NCBI GenBank assembly: GCA_951406725.2
Contig: OX597838.1
Location: forward strand, 40,238,001-40,302,000
Reading direction: 5' to 3'
Origin: Octopus vulgaris
Lineage: Eukaryota
DNA length: 64,000 nucleotides
The translations under genes and the position numbers were made by a program. The notes below the pieces were generated by a model. The model saw only the letters and a program-made list of their open reading frames with translations, made no database searches and was not told the DNA's origin. Positions 40,821-54,458 of the stretch are shown here, one piece after another (position 1 is the stretch's first letter; each line of letters opens with the position of its first letter).

Positions 40821-42262
40821 GAGATAAAGAAATCTATTACAAAACTGGACTAATTCGTTTATTAAAAGTGCTCCGTAAAAATGAAAGGCAAACTTAACCT
40901 GGGCGGGATGTGAACTGAGAACACAGGGAAATACTGCAAAGTATTTTATCCGACGCTTCCTTTCGCCATCCTTTATGTATAAAACATAATTTGCTCGAGG
41001 ATATACATATCCATTTGCAATACGTTCCCACAAATTCGAATTCGAATTGGTCAATTACTTTTGTTTTCTGCCATTCGAGGTGAACTTCTTTCAAGCAAAT
41101 GTGTGTTCATAACACGCTCGATTAATTATGGAAAGGCGATTTTAGGAGACACCCGGTGTTTTGACGCTATTGTGAGTTCTTAGCCAAAGCCATCCATTAC
41201 TAATGAATCTAATACTATCGTCCTAATGTTTGGCACTTTTCTTATTAAACGATAAGTTACAAGTGTAATCTCTTCATTAATTACAGTACGCATTGACTTC
41301 ATATTATAATTTTAATAAGTGTAAGATAATACAGCGCTGCTGGGCGAAGTTATCCTAACGAAGTGCTGCGAATAAAATGCTTTTCCATCCAATACAATGA
41401 ACTATTACACCCGTCCAAATTTTTTTTAATTAGTATTCTTCAGAAATTTCTTGACTAATTGCGCTTAAAATAATTAATTATTTCGATTAATATCTCATCT
41501 CACAACGTACACTATTTAAATCAATATACCCACTTGAAACATTAGCTTCAAATAACGATGTCTATAACATAATGTATATATATCGTTATTTTATATAATT
41601 GATTATTTATATAATATATAATTAAACGTAAAACGATACTAGCTGTAATAAGTTTTTCTCAGAGAAACTTCGCAATTTTATGTCCACAGAAGTCTCTTTG
41701 AGAAGTTTCTAAGACAAAATGTTGAAGTTAAGTCCATTCTACGTTTGCGTATACATTATGAATATACACACACTTTATTATTATAATCTAATGCTGATTT
41801 AAGTGCGTACACACTCACACACATATACATACACATATATACAAACACACATAAAAGTACATTTTTGTGTGTTTGTATATTTTTATTCCTCTGACCGCTT
41901 GACAACCGGTGCTGGTTTGTTTATGCCATAGTAACTTAGTGGTACTGCGAAAGAGACCGATAGAATTAGTACAAGATAAAAAGATGTAACTACTAGAGTC
42001 AGTATATTCATCTCAGTTCCTTAAGGCAGTGCCCCAGTATGGTCGCAATTAGGTAAGCATACAAAAGAATATATCCACGAGACTAAGATATCTAATATCA
42101 ATTAGAGATCTGGTTATCAAAACGTAATCTGGTTGTCAGTATTGTTCACTAACATAAACACCAGATCTACAATACGGATGAAGGCTACACTCGATTATAT
42201 GGACTCCATTACTTGACCCCTACTTTATTTTATCGACTGCAGGAGGGTGAATGGGAAAGCCT

Positions 42263-42330
<68 letters not shown>

Positions 42331-42427
42331 CATACATACATACATACATACATACATACATACATACATACATACACACATTTAACCATGCTTATATATA
42401 TATACCCGCATACATACAAAGGATATA

Positions 42428-43030
42428 GTGTTGGAGTTTAGTGAGGATAAATGTTGTTATATGGTTGTGAAAAGAGGGAAAACAGTAAACCAGACTAGCA
42501 ACATCTCCATCAATGACTTAACTGTTTCCCCTAGATCTGACGAGGAATGTTATAAGTATCTAGGGGTGGATGAAAACATATCTTACAATGGCATCTGTAA
42601 CAAAACACGTTTCACTAAAGAATATTACAGCCGAATAAAGAAAAGTTGGACCTCGGAACTCTCTGCATTCAATAAAACAGTGGCCCACAATGTGTTTGCA
42701 GTGCCAGTACTCATACCAACATTTTGGGCTGCTTGAGTGGACGCTTGATGAGATCTGAACAATTGATGAGAAAACCCGGAAGATACTAAGAAGCACACAT
42801 AATTTCCACATCAACAGTGACGTAGACCGCCTCTACCTAAAACGGAAACAAGGCGGCAGAGGCTTAACATCGATCCAATCTACCTTTGAATGTCGTATTG
42901 TATCCCTTCGGCAACATCTTTTAACTACCAAGTGTCGATGTGTATTCCTAGACCAAGTTTGCGTACATGAGGCTGATAACAACATAAGACTTGGAAGGCA
43001 GCTCTTTGAGCAGCATGAGAAGACAAACAT
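42428..43030 (+). mobile_element. R4/Dong-clade LINE internal fragment
   Basis: [28 protein letters not shown] and DVDRLYLKRKQGGRGL peptides. Confidence 0.85.
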
Positions 43031-44578
43031 AAAACAAACAAAAAAAAATACAAATATACATACATGCAAAAATACTCTGTTGCTGATGTTGAAGCTCCAA
43101 GGAAGGACCCTTGGATCTAGGTTAGAAACCGGCCCTTTCTCTATTGGCAAGGAATCTTGAAATAAAACTGACATACATACATACTACGAAGGAAAATAGG
43201 GATTTAATAAATCCAGATTAATACACTCTGTTTAATTAACCCAGTTACTAGGATGCCTAATCAAGTTTATATCAACCCGTTTAGGTTATTAATACCATAC
43301 GACAGTCCAAATCCGAAGTCCATCACTAATTAATAATTTGCCCTGCTAATCACAGTATATCAGTAATAAAATAAAGAATGAATAATTATATTCATACGAT
43401 CATTTATTCACTCGCATACGTTTCAAACGACTCAGTGAGATACATCCATGAAATATTGTAGTTTGCATGATTAATCGATCTAGTAATTATTGATCGATTG
43501 TTCAACCAATTTGTGAAACAGCCACCTAGGGATTCATCCTTCTCGGAACATTTAAAGTCAGATATTTAGGGAAGATATACAGAATCAGATTTGGCGGAAT
43601 GTGATAGGGGAAAGTGGTCTTATTGGATTGCCTTTCATTATTTAATACCCTATCGCGGGTTCACACACTTGGTAATAATATTACAAGACGCCAATGAAGT
43701 AAAATCGGCGAGATGTAAGGACTATAGCCTCCTTAATGCTTTAAGTGATTTGTCTATTGGCGAGGAGAATTAATCTAAGAGTGTGAGATTATTAAAGTGA
43801 ACACCAATATTCAGTAGAAAGTAGAATGTAATATCGTTGCCTTTATAGATTATTTGATATGTTTCAAGTTTACAACCGTTAAAAAATCCCATTGAATAAT
43901 ATAATATAAACTACGGTCGTTAAATAGAATTTCTTTAAAGGAAATATATTAAAAAGGGACGAAGTACATTAGGTTCGATGTGAAAATTATAGACAGGCGG
44001 TTAGAAAGTGGGGTGAATTTCGAAATATGATAGACCAGGCGACAAAATATTCAACTTTATTCTACTTGAGGTTCAGTTAAAGGATGTAGTGTGTTATTGA
44101 AGCTGAATTTGAATTTCGTAGCAGAAGTGCTTACGTAACACTGGACATTTCTAGGTGTTATTACCGAAAAATTAACAGATTATATTTTGTCTTAGATATT
44201 GGTAGTCCAGGAGCAGTTGTTACGTTTACTACACTTATCCCGGGAATTTATTGTACTTATGATAACGCTATTCACCGCATGAGAGATTATCAAATTAAAA
44301 CTCCCTATATTTTGCAGAGATATGAGATATGAACACTCTCTTCTTCCTTGGTAGCTGCATTTCTTTTATCAAAGGTGAGCCCAAATTGTTTTATACGTTC
44401 AGAGTAAGGACTAGTTTGTGTTTTCTTCACTTCGAAGGTTTTCAATATTTTCGTGTCGTGACCTGTTATAATTATCTCCCTTGTTAGATGTGGTAGAATA
44501 TGCAAATTATGCATATTATGCAAATTATGTGGTAGAATATGCAAATTATACTAGGACATTGCATGTCCTAGTATACCT

Positions 44579-44754
44579 ATTTCTTTATTACCCACAAGGG
44601 GCTAAACATAGAGGGGACAAACAAGGACAGACAAAGGGATTAAGTCGATTATTTGAACTCAGAACGTAACGGCAGACGAAATACCGCTAAGCATTTCTCC
44701 CGGCGCGCCAACGTTTCTGCCAGCCCGCCGCCTTCTCTGCCAGCTTGCCGCCTT
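44579..44754 (-). mobile_element. SINE family B, internally deleted, with TSD
   Basis: TSD CTAGTATACCT at 44568-44578 and 44755-44765. Confidence 0.9.
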
Positions 44755-45329
44755 CTAGTATACCTGTTTGAAGAGGAAAATATTCATCCAAGGCTGTAAA
44801 AAAATTCCCGGGATATTTGTGGCTACATGAACTTCAAATCGAGCATTATGCCATGTAATCCTTCTATAATGCGCGCTACTTTTCCTCTGTGCTTTTATAA
44901 TCAACATTAGTACAGCTATTGGTTCGCATGTCTATAATGTTGCATGGAGTGATTCATCTAAATCCCAACACTACAGTCTTTAATCTAATGTTTAGTCTTA
45001 CTGCTAGAGCCCCCAAACTGTCCTTCCTGAAGAACAACAGGACCAATTCTAAGCTTTTCAGAGGAAGTTACACGACCATCTCAGCTAGGCATTCTTTTAG
45101 TTGGCAGATAGTTATCGTTAATCAATATGGAAATTGTGTACATTCCCTTCCTCCCACTAATGTTCATATTATCTATGCTGGCTACAAGAATTAACATAGA
45201 GTACGTATTCTGCCTCCCGTGGGTGTCTTTCCACTAGCACACATGTATGTATGTATGTATGTATGTATGTATGTATGTATGTATGTATGTATGTATGTAT
45301 GTATGTATGTATGTATGTATGTATGTATG

Positions 45330-45790
45330 TCAGGTCACTTTCGAGTGCTACTGGTAACACGTAACCCAGTACAACCTGTTGCATGGTCGGGTCGTTGGCA
45401 ACTAAACCGGCAACCCCACCAAGCTTGCTTGGTGAGGAGAGTGTTTATTGGACACCCTGCGGGATGAAAAACAAAACCCGTCAAAGGGCGGAGGAACTCT
45501 TGAGAGTCAACGGCCATCCAATAAATGTCTTAAGGCTGTATCATGCACGGGGACATAGAAATAATCGGACTGAATACCCGATCGCGTTTTTAAACCATTG
45601 GGAGTGAAGGACTCCTAGCCTTTGTCAGGGCATCCTTCTAGGAGAAGGTAACTCAGGTAACTGGGATATCTCCGACATAAAACCTGCGGCTCAGTGGTTA
45701 CCGATGATGTTGACTTGTTCTTCTTTTCTGATTATGGCTGCTGTTGCTTAGTAAGTGGGATTAACTCAGTGCACAGCCTTTCCACACTTT
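45330..45790 (+). mobile_element. Probable RTE-clade 5' UTR-derived element
   Basis: GC-richer block with ggcatccttctaggagaaggtaact, resembling RTE 5' UTR motifs; follows a (TATG)n array. Confidence 0.45.
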
Positions 45791-46105
45791 AAAAAAATCT
45801 TCTTGCACAGGCATTGCACGATAACAACATTGATTAAGTTTCGTGCAATGGTCATACTCGATAACGAGGGGGCAGCCACCATGTATGTATGTATGTATGT
45901 ATGTATTTGTGTCTGTGTTTGTCCCCCTACAATCGCTTGACAATCGATGTTGTGTGTACGTCCCCATGACTTAGTGGTTCTGCAAAAGAGGCCAACAGAG
46001 TAAGTACTAGACTTACAAAGCATAAGTCCTGGAGTCGACCTGTTCGACTAAAGGCGGCACTCCAGCATGACCACGGTCAACTGACTGAAACAAAATAATA
46101 AAAGA

Positions 46106-46146
<41 letters not shown>

Positions 46147-46806
46147 GGCTCGTAGCTGAAGATGGTTTATACTATAAACTAGAGTTATCATTTACTCTGC
46201 TAGTGTGTTTGTTTGTCCTTTAGATGACTTTCAATATATATATATGCATTAGATTATGTATAGGACACCGTCCACATGGTAGATGATAGATAGTTATGCA
46301 GTGGAAAGCCTTTCATTATCAAAACGATACAAAGCTAAATTATATTCAGATATGTGCTAAAAGTAAAACGATATTAGTTGATGACTAATATCATTTCCAA
46401 CGGCAACAACTACAGACGCGCTTCACCTTCTTCCACGATGCCGCCATTTGGTTTCCGTGACTTGCTTAAGTATTATTGCGTAAATCGCTATAACTGAGAT
46501 ATTAAAGCGAGCGTCAGCATACTTAATATCAACGTAGAGTAATAGAAATACCGAGAAAACGAATTCAGCTGACGAATATCTCGCGTGTAAAGTTTGATAC
46601 ACAGAATCTGCGTTTTGTGTGTGTGTATATTTGTGTATATGTGTGCATGTGTGTGTATGTGTGCTGCTAGCTTTCGTATTGAGTTTCTTCCCTACCAAGA
46701 GATGTTCTATTTTACATTCTTAAACTTGCTTTAAAGTAATAACGTGAATTCTCCCACCTCACATACACACACATATATATGTATGCAAACACACACACAT
46801 ACGCAA

Positions 46807-46841
<35 letters not shown>

Positions 46842-46857
46842 AAACATATATATGTGT

Positions 46858-46906
<49 letters not shown>

Positions 46907-47056
46907 GGGGTAATGGTGTCAGTAAGACCCAAAGGTGTCAGGTAATGCTGAGTAAGTGCTATGGATAGGCCATAGCTAAGCTCCAGGTTCGGTGATTATG
47001 CGAATAATGAGTCCAACGTAGGTCATATATCAGCATGCGTATATATAACTCGTTTC

Positions 47057-47555
47057 TTTTCAGAATGAGATAAAAAAAAACAAGGCTGTGAAGATTTTAG
47101 AACATTCATAGATAGAAGGTCTTACAGCTGTTTCCAGGATATTTATTATATCCCTTCATCGGAGACAGTGTGAGAAAATGGTTAAGCAGTAGTTAGTTAA
47201 TTTAGATAAGATACGAAATAGAGAGTGAAGTGGAGGAATGAAAATAGATGTGAGATATGTAGGGATACTGCATTGTAGATCCATTATTTAGGCAGAATTG
47301 TATACATATAAGATTCCAATACCTTTTGAGTAAAATCGAATAGTATCTAAAATTAGTCATTCCAAGTATAAAGTTTGTACATAGTACTATTGAATCAAGG
47401 GTTTTATCTAAATTAACTAACTATTCCTTAACCATTTTCTCACACCGTCTCCGATGAAGGGATATAATAAATATCCTGGAAACAGTTGTAAAACCTTCTA
47501 TTTATAAATGTTCTAAAATCTTCACAGCCTTGGACTTTTTATCTCATTCTGAAAA
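47057..47555. repeat. Inverted repeat (~150-bp arms, 47057-47209 / 47404-47555), each arm with a hammerhead-like motif
   Basis: Arms are reverse complements with scattered mismatches; spacer ~195 bp. Confidence 0.9.
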
Positions 47556-47677
47556 AAAAGTTATATATATATATATATATATATATGTATACAGAGAGAG
47601 AGAGAAAGAAAGAGAGAGAGAGAAAGAAAGAGAGAGAGAGAGTGTGTGTTTGAAGTGGTATACTCAATATCGTATAC

Positions 47678-47851
47678 TGAGAAAAAAAGGGGCAGTCAGA
47701 ATTTTGGATAATCTTTTATTAGCGGTTTCGTTTGTTTACGAACTCGTCAAGACAAAATCAAAGTTTTGATTTTGATATTGTCTTGAGTTCGTAAACAAAC
47801 GAAATCGCTAATAAAAGATTATCCAAAATTCTGACTGCCTCCCTTTTCTCA
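47678..47851. repeat. Inverted repeat (~75-bp arms)
   Basis: ggcagtcagaattttggataatcttttattagcg.tttcgtttgtttacgaactc and its reverse complement. Confidence 0.9.
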
Positions 47852-48669
47852 ATATATATATATATACATATTACTGACGTATATGGGCTTAAGATATGAA
47901 CGTCGGCATCAAAAAATACTAAAATAAAAAATTTCACCAGAAAATTAATACTTCTGAACGAGTTGGAAGAAGAATTCGTGTGCTGGACAAAATCTTTATC
48001 AGCATTTCCTCTTTTACGCTCAGAGTTCAAATTCCGTTCATCTTTTCTGGGTCGATGAAATTCGGTAGCAGTCAAGTATTGCGCCGATGTAAACGACTCG
48101 TCCTGTCCTGTCGCCTCAAAATTGTTGGCTTTGTGCAAAAATTTAATGCAATTATTTGCAGCAAAACAAACAAAACCAAGCTATAAAATACTTTTTGATA
48201 TGTTGCTAACATAAAAACGATATTAGTTGAATGACAAAGAATATTGTCATATTTCTTTAGTTACTTGTTGAAACCAAGAAGGCGTATCACTTCCGTAATT
48301 TGTCGTCTGTACGTGCCAAGAAAAATAATATTAGTGATTAACTAATGACATTTTATATTTCACTGAATATTTGATTATATTAAAATATGTTAGGACACTG
48401 TTTAAATTGCTCTTAAATTTTTTTTCTTTGTGTAAGTATAAACAATAAATAAAAAATATGGTAAGAAAACAGGAGTACGATAATGTAGATGGTAAAGTAA
48501 GAAGAAGAAAACAAAGAGGAAGCACATTGACATAGCTGTGTAGCTATGTGGATTAGAAGTTCGCTTTGCACCACGTGAATTCGGGTTCAGTCCCACTGTG
48601 CGACACCTCGGGCAAGTATTTTCTATTGCAACTTCAATGCCTTGTGAGTGAATTCGGTAGACAAATACT

Positions 48670-48741
<72 letters not shown>

Positions 48742-48839
48742 TATGTGTGTGTATATATGTGTGTATATATGCGTGTGTGTGTGTGTGTGTATGTGTATGT
48801 GTGTGTGTATATGTGTATGTGTGTGTGTGTGTGTGTGAA

Positions 48840-49462
48840 ACGTGGATTGATAACAATACCGGAGAACGGAAACGATCCAGTGGTTTGTATGAGAATCCAC
48901 CAAAACACCCACCAAAGCGGAAAATATTCTTGCAAAAAGAGTTGTGCTTTCTGTCTCTGGAATTTTAAGGAAATTATTTGCTATCAACTGCTTCCACACA
49001 ATATACTGTGTCATGTCATCACCTGGAAAGCTTGAATCAGTAAAATTAGGCAGATGATGCAAGAACTAGGAAGAGGTGGTGTTTCCGAAAGACAGCACCA
49101 AACATCATGTGTGTCTGGCTATCCGTATGAAATTACTTGAACTTGGGCGGAATATTATACTTCAACCACCATACTCATCAGACATTGTGCCATTTGATTT
49201 TTAATTGTTTAGGTTCCTGTAAAATTCCTTCAAAATTCCTTGAACAGAAAATCATGAAATGATTTCAGATGCAGTTAAAAATCATCCAGATAATTTCATG
49301 TTCTCCAAGACAGCTCAGTTCTGCGTTGATGGAATTTTGAAGATGCTGCATCGATGGATAACAGTTATTGACGGAATGTTTGATGAATAAAAGTATTGTA
49401 GTATTGCAATGCAAATATATTCATTTAATTTCTATCCTTCAAAACTATTTCGGACAACCCAA
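48840..49462 (+). mobile_element. Mariner transposase C-terminal pseudogene fragment
   Basis: QPPYSSDIVPFDF*LFRFL (YSPDLAPSD-like); ends with a TIR-like tttcggacaaccc. Confidence 0.75.
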
Positions 49463-50762
49463 AAGCGGACAAACCTGCCTCAAATAACACCAAGCTATCT
49501 TAGGAACTGAAAACTGAAAGATGTTCCATATTGTGGCATACAAACAATAAAAATAGGTGACGCTTATTGTATTCCTTTAATCTCGGTGCTTTCAATTGGA
49601 GCTGACTTGGGAATAAATAATTACAAGTTACAAGTCCCAGTTTTCATCCCCTATTAATCATTACTGCTTGACTTAATGTGTTTGCGTATAACGGGTTCAT
49701 AGGTTATATATGCGTAAAACTTGTGATATGCACTCATTACACTCGTTAATGGGTTGCAGTATTTTAGCTCCTTCCCCTCTGAAATTGTACAGAGTGTCTG
49801 ATTAACTTATCACTGCCCTTAACTCCCACATATCGGTAAGTCACTCTGGTCACTGCTATACTTTTAACGCCCTTTTCGCCTGGTCACCTGCTCTTTCTCA
49901 ACCTCCTCGTGAAATATATTCTATAGACACCAACATCAAAGAAGCATATTGTTCATTTGAGCTGAATTTGGTGTTTATGTCAATGAAACACATCATTCTA
50001 AAAGCATTCTGTCGATGATTTTACCCAGAAGCAGTGAATATGGAATATTATATTCGTCTGAAGTTCGTGTTATTGACTTTAGATATATCACATATAAATA
50101 CAATTATCATATTGATTGTAGGTGTATTACATACCATCATTCAATCATTTTTTTTGTCATCTAAGCCATACATATATTAGTGGTCGGTTCAAAGAAATAT
50201 CTAGCTTTATTAATGAAAGTTTGTCTTTGATACTCGTAAATGATATGATTACAAAATAAAAAATAAAAACTTTCCATAAAAACATATAGAAAGGTAGTAA
50301 CACCTGTTTGTAAAGTATAAAAATTGCAATCAGTCCGACAGACCGTGTTCTCTCGGGTCGATGAATAAAAACAAGTGAGATGAAAACAAAGTAAAAGTAG
50401 ATGAGAAATCATCTGATTCGTCCCTCTTTTGATTATTTTTAGCGTATGGCGCTTAAGCACATTTTAGCCCACGCAGCATTTATAAACTCTCATTCATAAA
50501 CACTCATTTATTGCAAGGGTCGAGAGTTTCGTTCATGCTATTTATCAAAATTCATCAAATAGTCACTTCTTGTCATCTAGACAAAAATTATTGTTCGGTT
50601 AAAGAAATATGTTCAGTTTAATTCACGGAATACTTGGTCCTTGATATTTATAAATGAGATGATTTTAACCACCCGTTCAAACTTCCATTAAAATTATATA
50701 AAAACGGATGGTTGTATCTCCCCAAGTATCGTCGTCTACTTTTATAGCTAGATGGATGGATA

Positions 50763-50801
<39 letters not shown>

Positions 50802-50874
50802 TTCCAGGTGAATACTTGATAAGTGTAAGCACCTGTATATGCCAGCTAGTTAGCAGAGGTGACAGGGTATATGC

Positions 50875-51048
50875 ATCAAATGAAATAAAAAAACAGAACG
50901 CAAAGGATGTCGCGGTACGCGTGTTTCAAGCTTTATAAAGAATAGGTTGTTATGTCGATTATACATTGATGTAAGAATAGGTTGTTTTATAAAGCTTGAA
51001 ACACGTGTACCGCAACATCCTTTGTGTTCTGTTTTTATTTCATTTGAT
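50875..51048. repeat. Inverted repeat (~63-bp arms); same family as 10282-10410 and 58530-58736
   Basis: aagcttgaaacacgtgtaccgc.acatcctttg and its reverse complement. Confidence 0.85.
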
Positions 51049-51069
51049 ATATATATATATATACATATG

Positions 51070-51131
<62 letters not shown>

Positions 51132-51446
51132 ATATTGTGCTGTTGTAATTGTGTGTATGCTTGCGTTAATGTATATTTTTGTTGGTGTGTGTGTCTGTGT
51201 GTCTGTGTTGAGTTATAACTGTTTCTTGATGGACAAAATAGAAAATAATGTTCTCTTTGCAGAGAGCCGGAAGCCAAGATTTTAATCAAAATCGCATTTC
51301 ATTTCGCTAACTTTAGAATGAAAATTGCTGTTTATTTGAAATATAAGCAAATGTACTTACTCCCTGACTACACTTACTCACCACTACCACCACCGCCACC
51401 AACAATAACACCATCATCACCACCAGCATTATCTACCATGACAGTA

Positions 51447-51502
<56 letters not shown>

Positions 51503-51509
51503 CATATAT

Positions 51510-52031
51510 ATGTATAACTTATAAACAAGAGCAAAAGAAAAAAAAATTCTAATGCCAAATATGGCGAAAATAGACACATCATCAATAACCATATAATTCA
51601 TCACTATAAGCACGTGTCTCGAAGAAAGCCGACAGGAATTTCTAAAAAATTCCGTTATTACCATATCGGACCCGATTTCAGAGTTAGTCCTTAAGAACCT
51701 TCTCTTCATCAGTGATAAATGCGGCAAAGAAATAAATGAAATACTTACTCATATCCATGGAAGAAGCAAACACTAAGTATGACTTAGTGTTTGCTTCTTC
51801 CATTTATTTCTTTGCTGCATTTATCACTGATGAAGGGAAGGTTCTTATGAATTAACTCTGAAATCGGGTCCGATATGGTAATAACGGAATTTTTTAGAAA
51901 TTCCTGTCGGCTTTCTTCGAGACGCGTGCTTATAATGATGAATTATATGGTTATGGACGTTGTGTCTAGTTTCGGCATATTTGGCATTAGAATTTTTTTT
52001 CTTTTCCCCTTGTTTAATAAGTTGTTTATAC
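51510..52031. repeat. Long fold-back (~250-bp arms, 3-nt loop at 51779-51781) with a hammerhead motif in each arm
   Basis: Central hairpin atggaagaagcaaacactaagt-atg-acttagtgtttgcttcttccat; arms colinear with scattered mismatches. Confidence 0.92.
51660..51716 (-). ncRNA. Putative type I hammerhead ribozyme (mirror copy 51823-51879, plus strand)
   Basis: atca CTGATGA agag aa ggttc ttaa ggact aa ctct GAAA tcgggtccga TA tggt. Confidence 0.7.
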
Positions 52032-52539
52032 ATTTAACCTTTAATGGTATTTTTTAATATGCTGGCCATTGATAAAATTTTTATCCTATATTAGATGTAT
52101 ATATATATATATATATATATATACGCAACTATCGAACAACGAGAACAAGTGCTCAACGCCAATAACAATTCTTTTTTATTTGTGCATTAAAGCTACCATT
52201 GCTTTTCTGTGCAGGGAGAGAATGTTTAAAATGTTATCTTTTGGTTGGATGAGTAGCTTTTGATTGAAGAAACATTGTAGAGATTGCACGAATAGACAGG
52301 GGAGCGAATAGGCGAACACTGGTAGGAACTGAAAGAGAAGACAGGCTCGTCAGTGCTCTACCAGCATCTTCAAGCAGAACATAGTGGCTCGGTTAAGGTA
52401 TTATGAAAGCATAGAACTGACACGACACAGAGACAGATTACAAAACCACTCACATAATAATAGACAGGCCGAGCTTCAACAGAAACACGCCAAGAAGGGA
52501 GACTAAACCCAGAAGGGAGAAGAAAGGAACAGGTACAAA

Positions 52540-52650
52540 TGTGTTTCCAGCTTCAAGTCCCCATTTCTGGCACAGTTTTCTGTGGAAAACTTTTACAACC
52601 TGGTCGTACATCCATTTCTTATATTCTTCCTGTGGCAACTTGGGGCATTG
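52540..52650 (-). mobile_element. Tiny R4/Dong-like fragment
   Basis: CPKLPQEEYKKWMYDQVVKVFHRKLCQKWGLE resembles the YxxRHDxV..HWxLC region. Confidence 0.55.
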
Positions 52651-53230
52651 TTATATATTGTGAATTATATTAATGCCATTCTGTAATACATCGAATCCCT
52701 GTATAGAGATCTGTATCTCTATAATTATACGCTGTTTTGGATTGTTATATCAAAAGTACATGCTATATACTATGTACGTAATGAAAATTAAGTTCTGTAG
52801 CTCAGGTCTAGTTAGACAAAATAATTAGTTCATCGATAAACTCCTCTCTTAGAAGTCAAAGAGAAGTTGGTATCGCTGGTATATAAATATGCAAAACTAA
52901 GTGGTTCTTTCAAGTTTTAAGAGGCAAAGAATAGTACAAGGTGCCTGAAATAGTAGCTTGAAAAACCCTTTGAATCACTACAACGCAAACACACTTATTC
53001 TACATTCTTAGTAAAAACTTTTCATGGTTAAGAAGCTCGCTTTGTAACAATGTGGTTTCAGCTGTCGCCCCACGGCACATGTGTCTTGTATTCTAACTCT
53101 GGAGTCACCAAATATTTGTGAAGGAATTTGGGAACTGAAAACTGTCTAGAAGCCTATCGTATATTTATATATGTGTGTCTGTCTCTGTGTATGTGCGCAT
53201 GTTTGTATGTGTGTGTGTGAGAGAGAGAGT

Positions 53231-53269
<39 letters not shown>

Positions 53270-53616
53270 GTCCCTGTAACTTAGAGGTTCGGCAAAAAGA
53301 CGATGGAATGAATACTAGACTTTAAAAATCGATTTGTTCGACAAAACCCTTGAAGGCTGTGGCATAGCCGAGGTCCAGTGAGTAAAACAAGTAAAATATA
53401 AACGATAACAAGTAAACTAAATCTATTTCAAAATATTTCTTACTCATAATTTCAGAAATCCGATTGGACGCTTGCTTATAAAATTTTGAAACTATTCGCC
53501 TATCCCCAAAATATTTTCATTTCTCATGACCGATTTGATAATTATGTAGACGTTCTCCATATTTGTCGAGTCAAAACTCCAGCACTCTTATCTATAATAT
53601 TCTCTTTCTTATAATA

Positions 53617-53999
53617 GAAGCACTCCGTCGGTTACCACGACGAGGGTTCCGGTTGATCCGATCAACGGAACAGCCTGCTCGTGAAATTAACGTGTAAGTG
53701 GCTGAGCACTCCACAGACACGTGTACCCTTAACGTAGTTCTCGGGGATATTCAGCGTGACACAGAGAGTGACAAGGCCGGCCCTTTGAAATACAGGTACA
53801 ACAGAAACAGGAAGTAAGAGTGAGAGAAAGTTGTGGTGAAAGAGTACAGCAGGGATCACCACCATCCTCTACCGGAGCCCCGTGGAGCTTTTAGGTGTTT
53901 TCGCTCAATAAACACTCACAACGCCCGGTCTGGGAATCGAAACCGCGATCCTACGACTGCGAGTCCGCTGCCCTAACCACTGGGCCATTGCACCTCCAC
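53617..53999 (-). mobile_element. SINE family C, tail type 2, full length with TSD
   Basis: TSD TCTTTCTTATAATA at 53603-53616 and 54000-54013; tRNA-like head. Confidence 0.93.
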
Positions 54000-54458
54000 T
54001 CTTTCTTATAATATCTAATTTAATACTCTTACAGTAAAAACAGTTCAAGAAATCAGCATTGCATCTACTACAACCAAAAGGATCGGATCTGTGTTTTTTT
54101 CAGGAAAATTAAAATCCTCTAGAAAGTGTATTTGAACAATCATTAATTCTTAATGAATCAAAAGGAATTAGTTGACATTACAACCAAATTTTCTTTCACA
54201 GCGTCAGTCAACAACAAGAACTTATATCAAGAAAACAACTTAACACTGTATATAGTTTATCAGATGGACAATAATGTGATGTCTCTCACTCTACAGCAAT
54301 CTTAAATAAAGGAAGCGATACAACATTGTTCTGCCGACACATGACATAACCTTCCCTCAGTGAATTCATAGAAAACCCTACATTTGATCAATAAATGACA
54401 TTTGGCGTCTACGATCATCAGAATCACCATAAAACACATTGATTATAATCTATCCTCT

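Noticed and set aside
46148-46203. CTGAAGA plus hairpin
   Set aside because: No GAAA after helix II.
46356-48240. Short shared motif aaaacgatattagttga at ~46364 and ~48214
   Set aside because: Too short to assign; probably a remnant of an old repeat.
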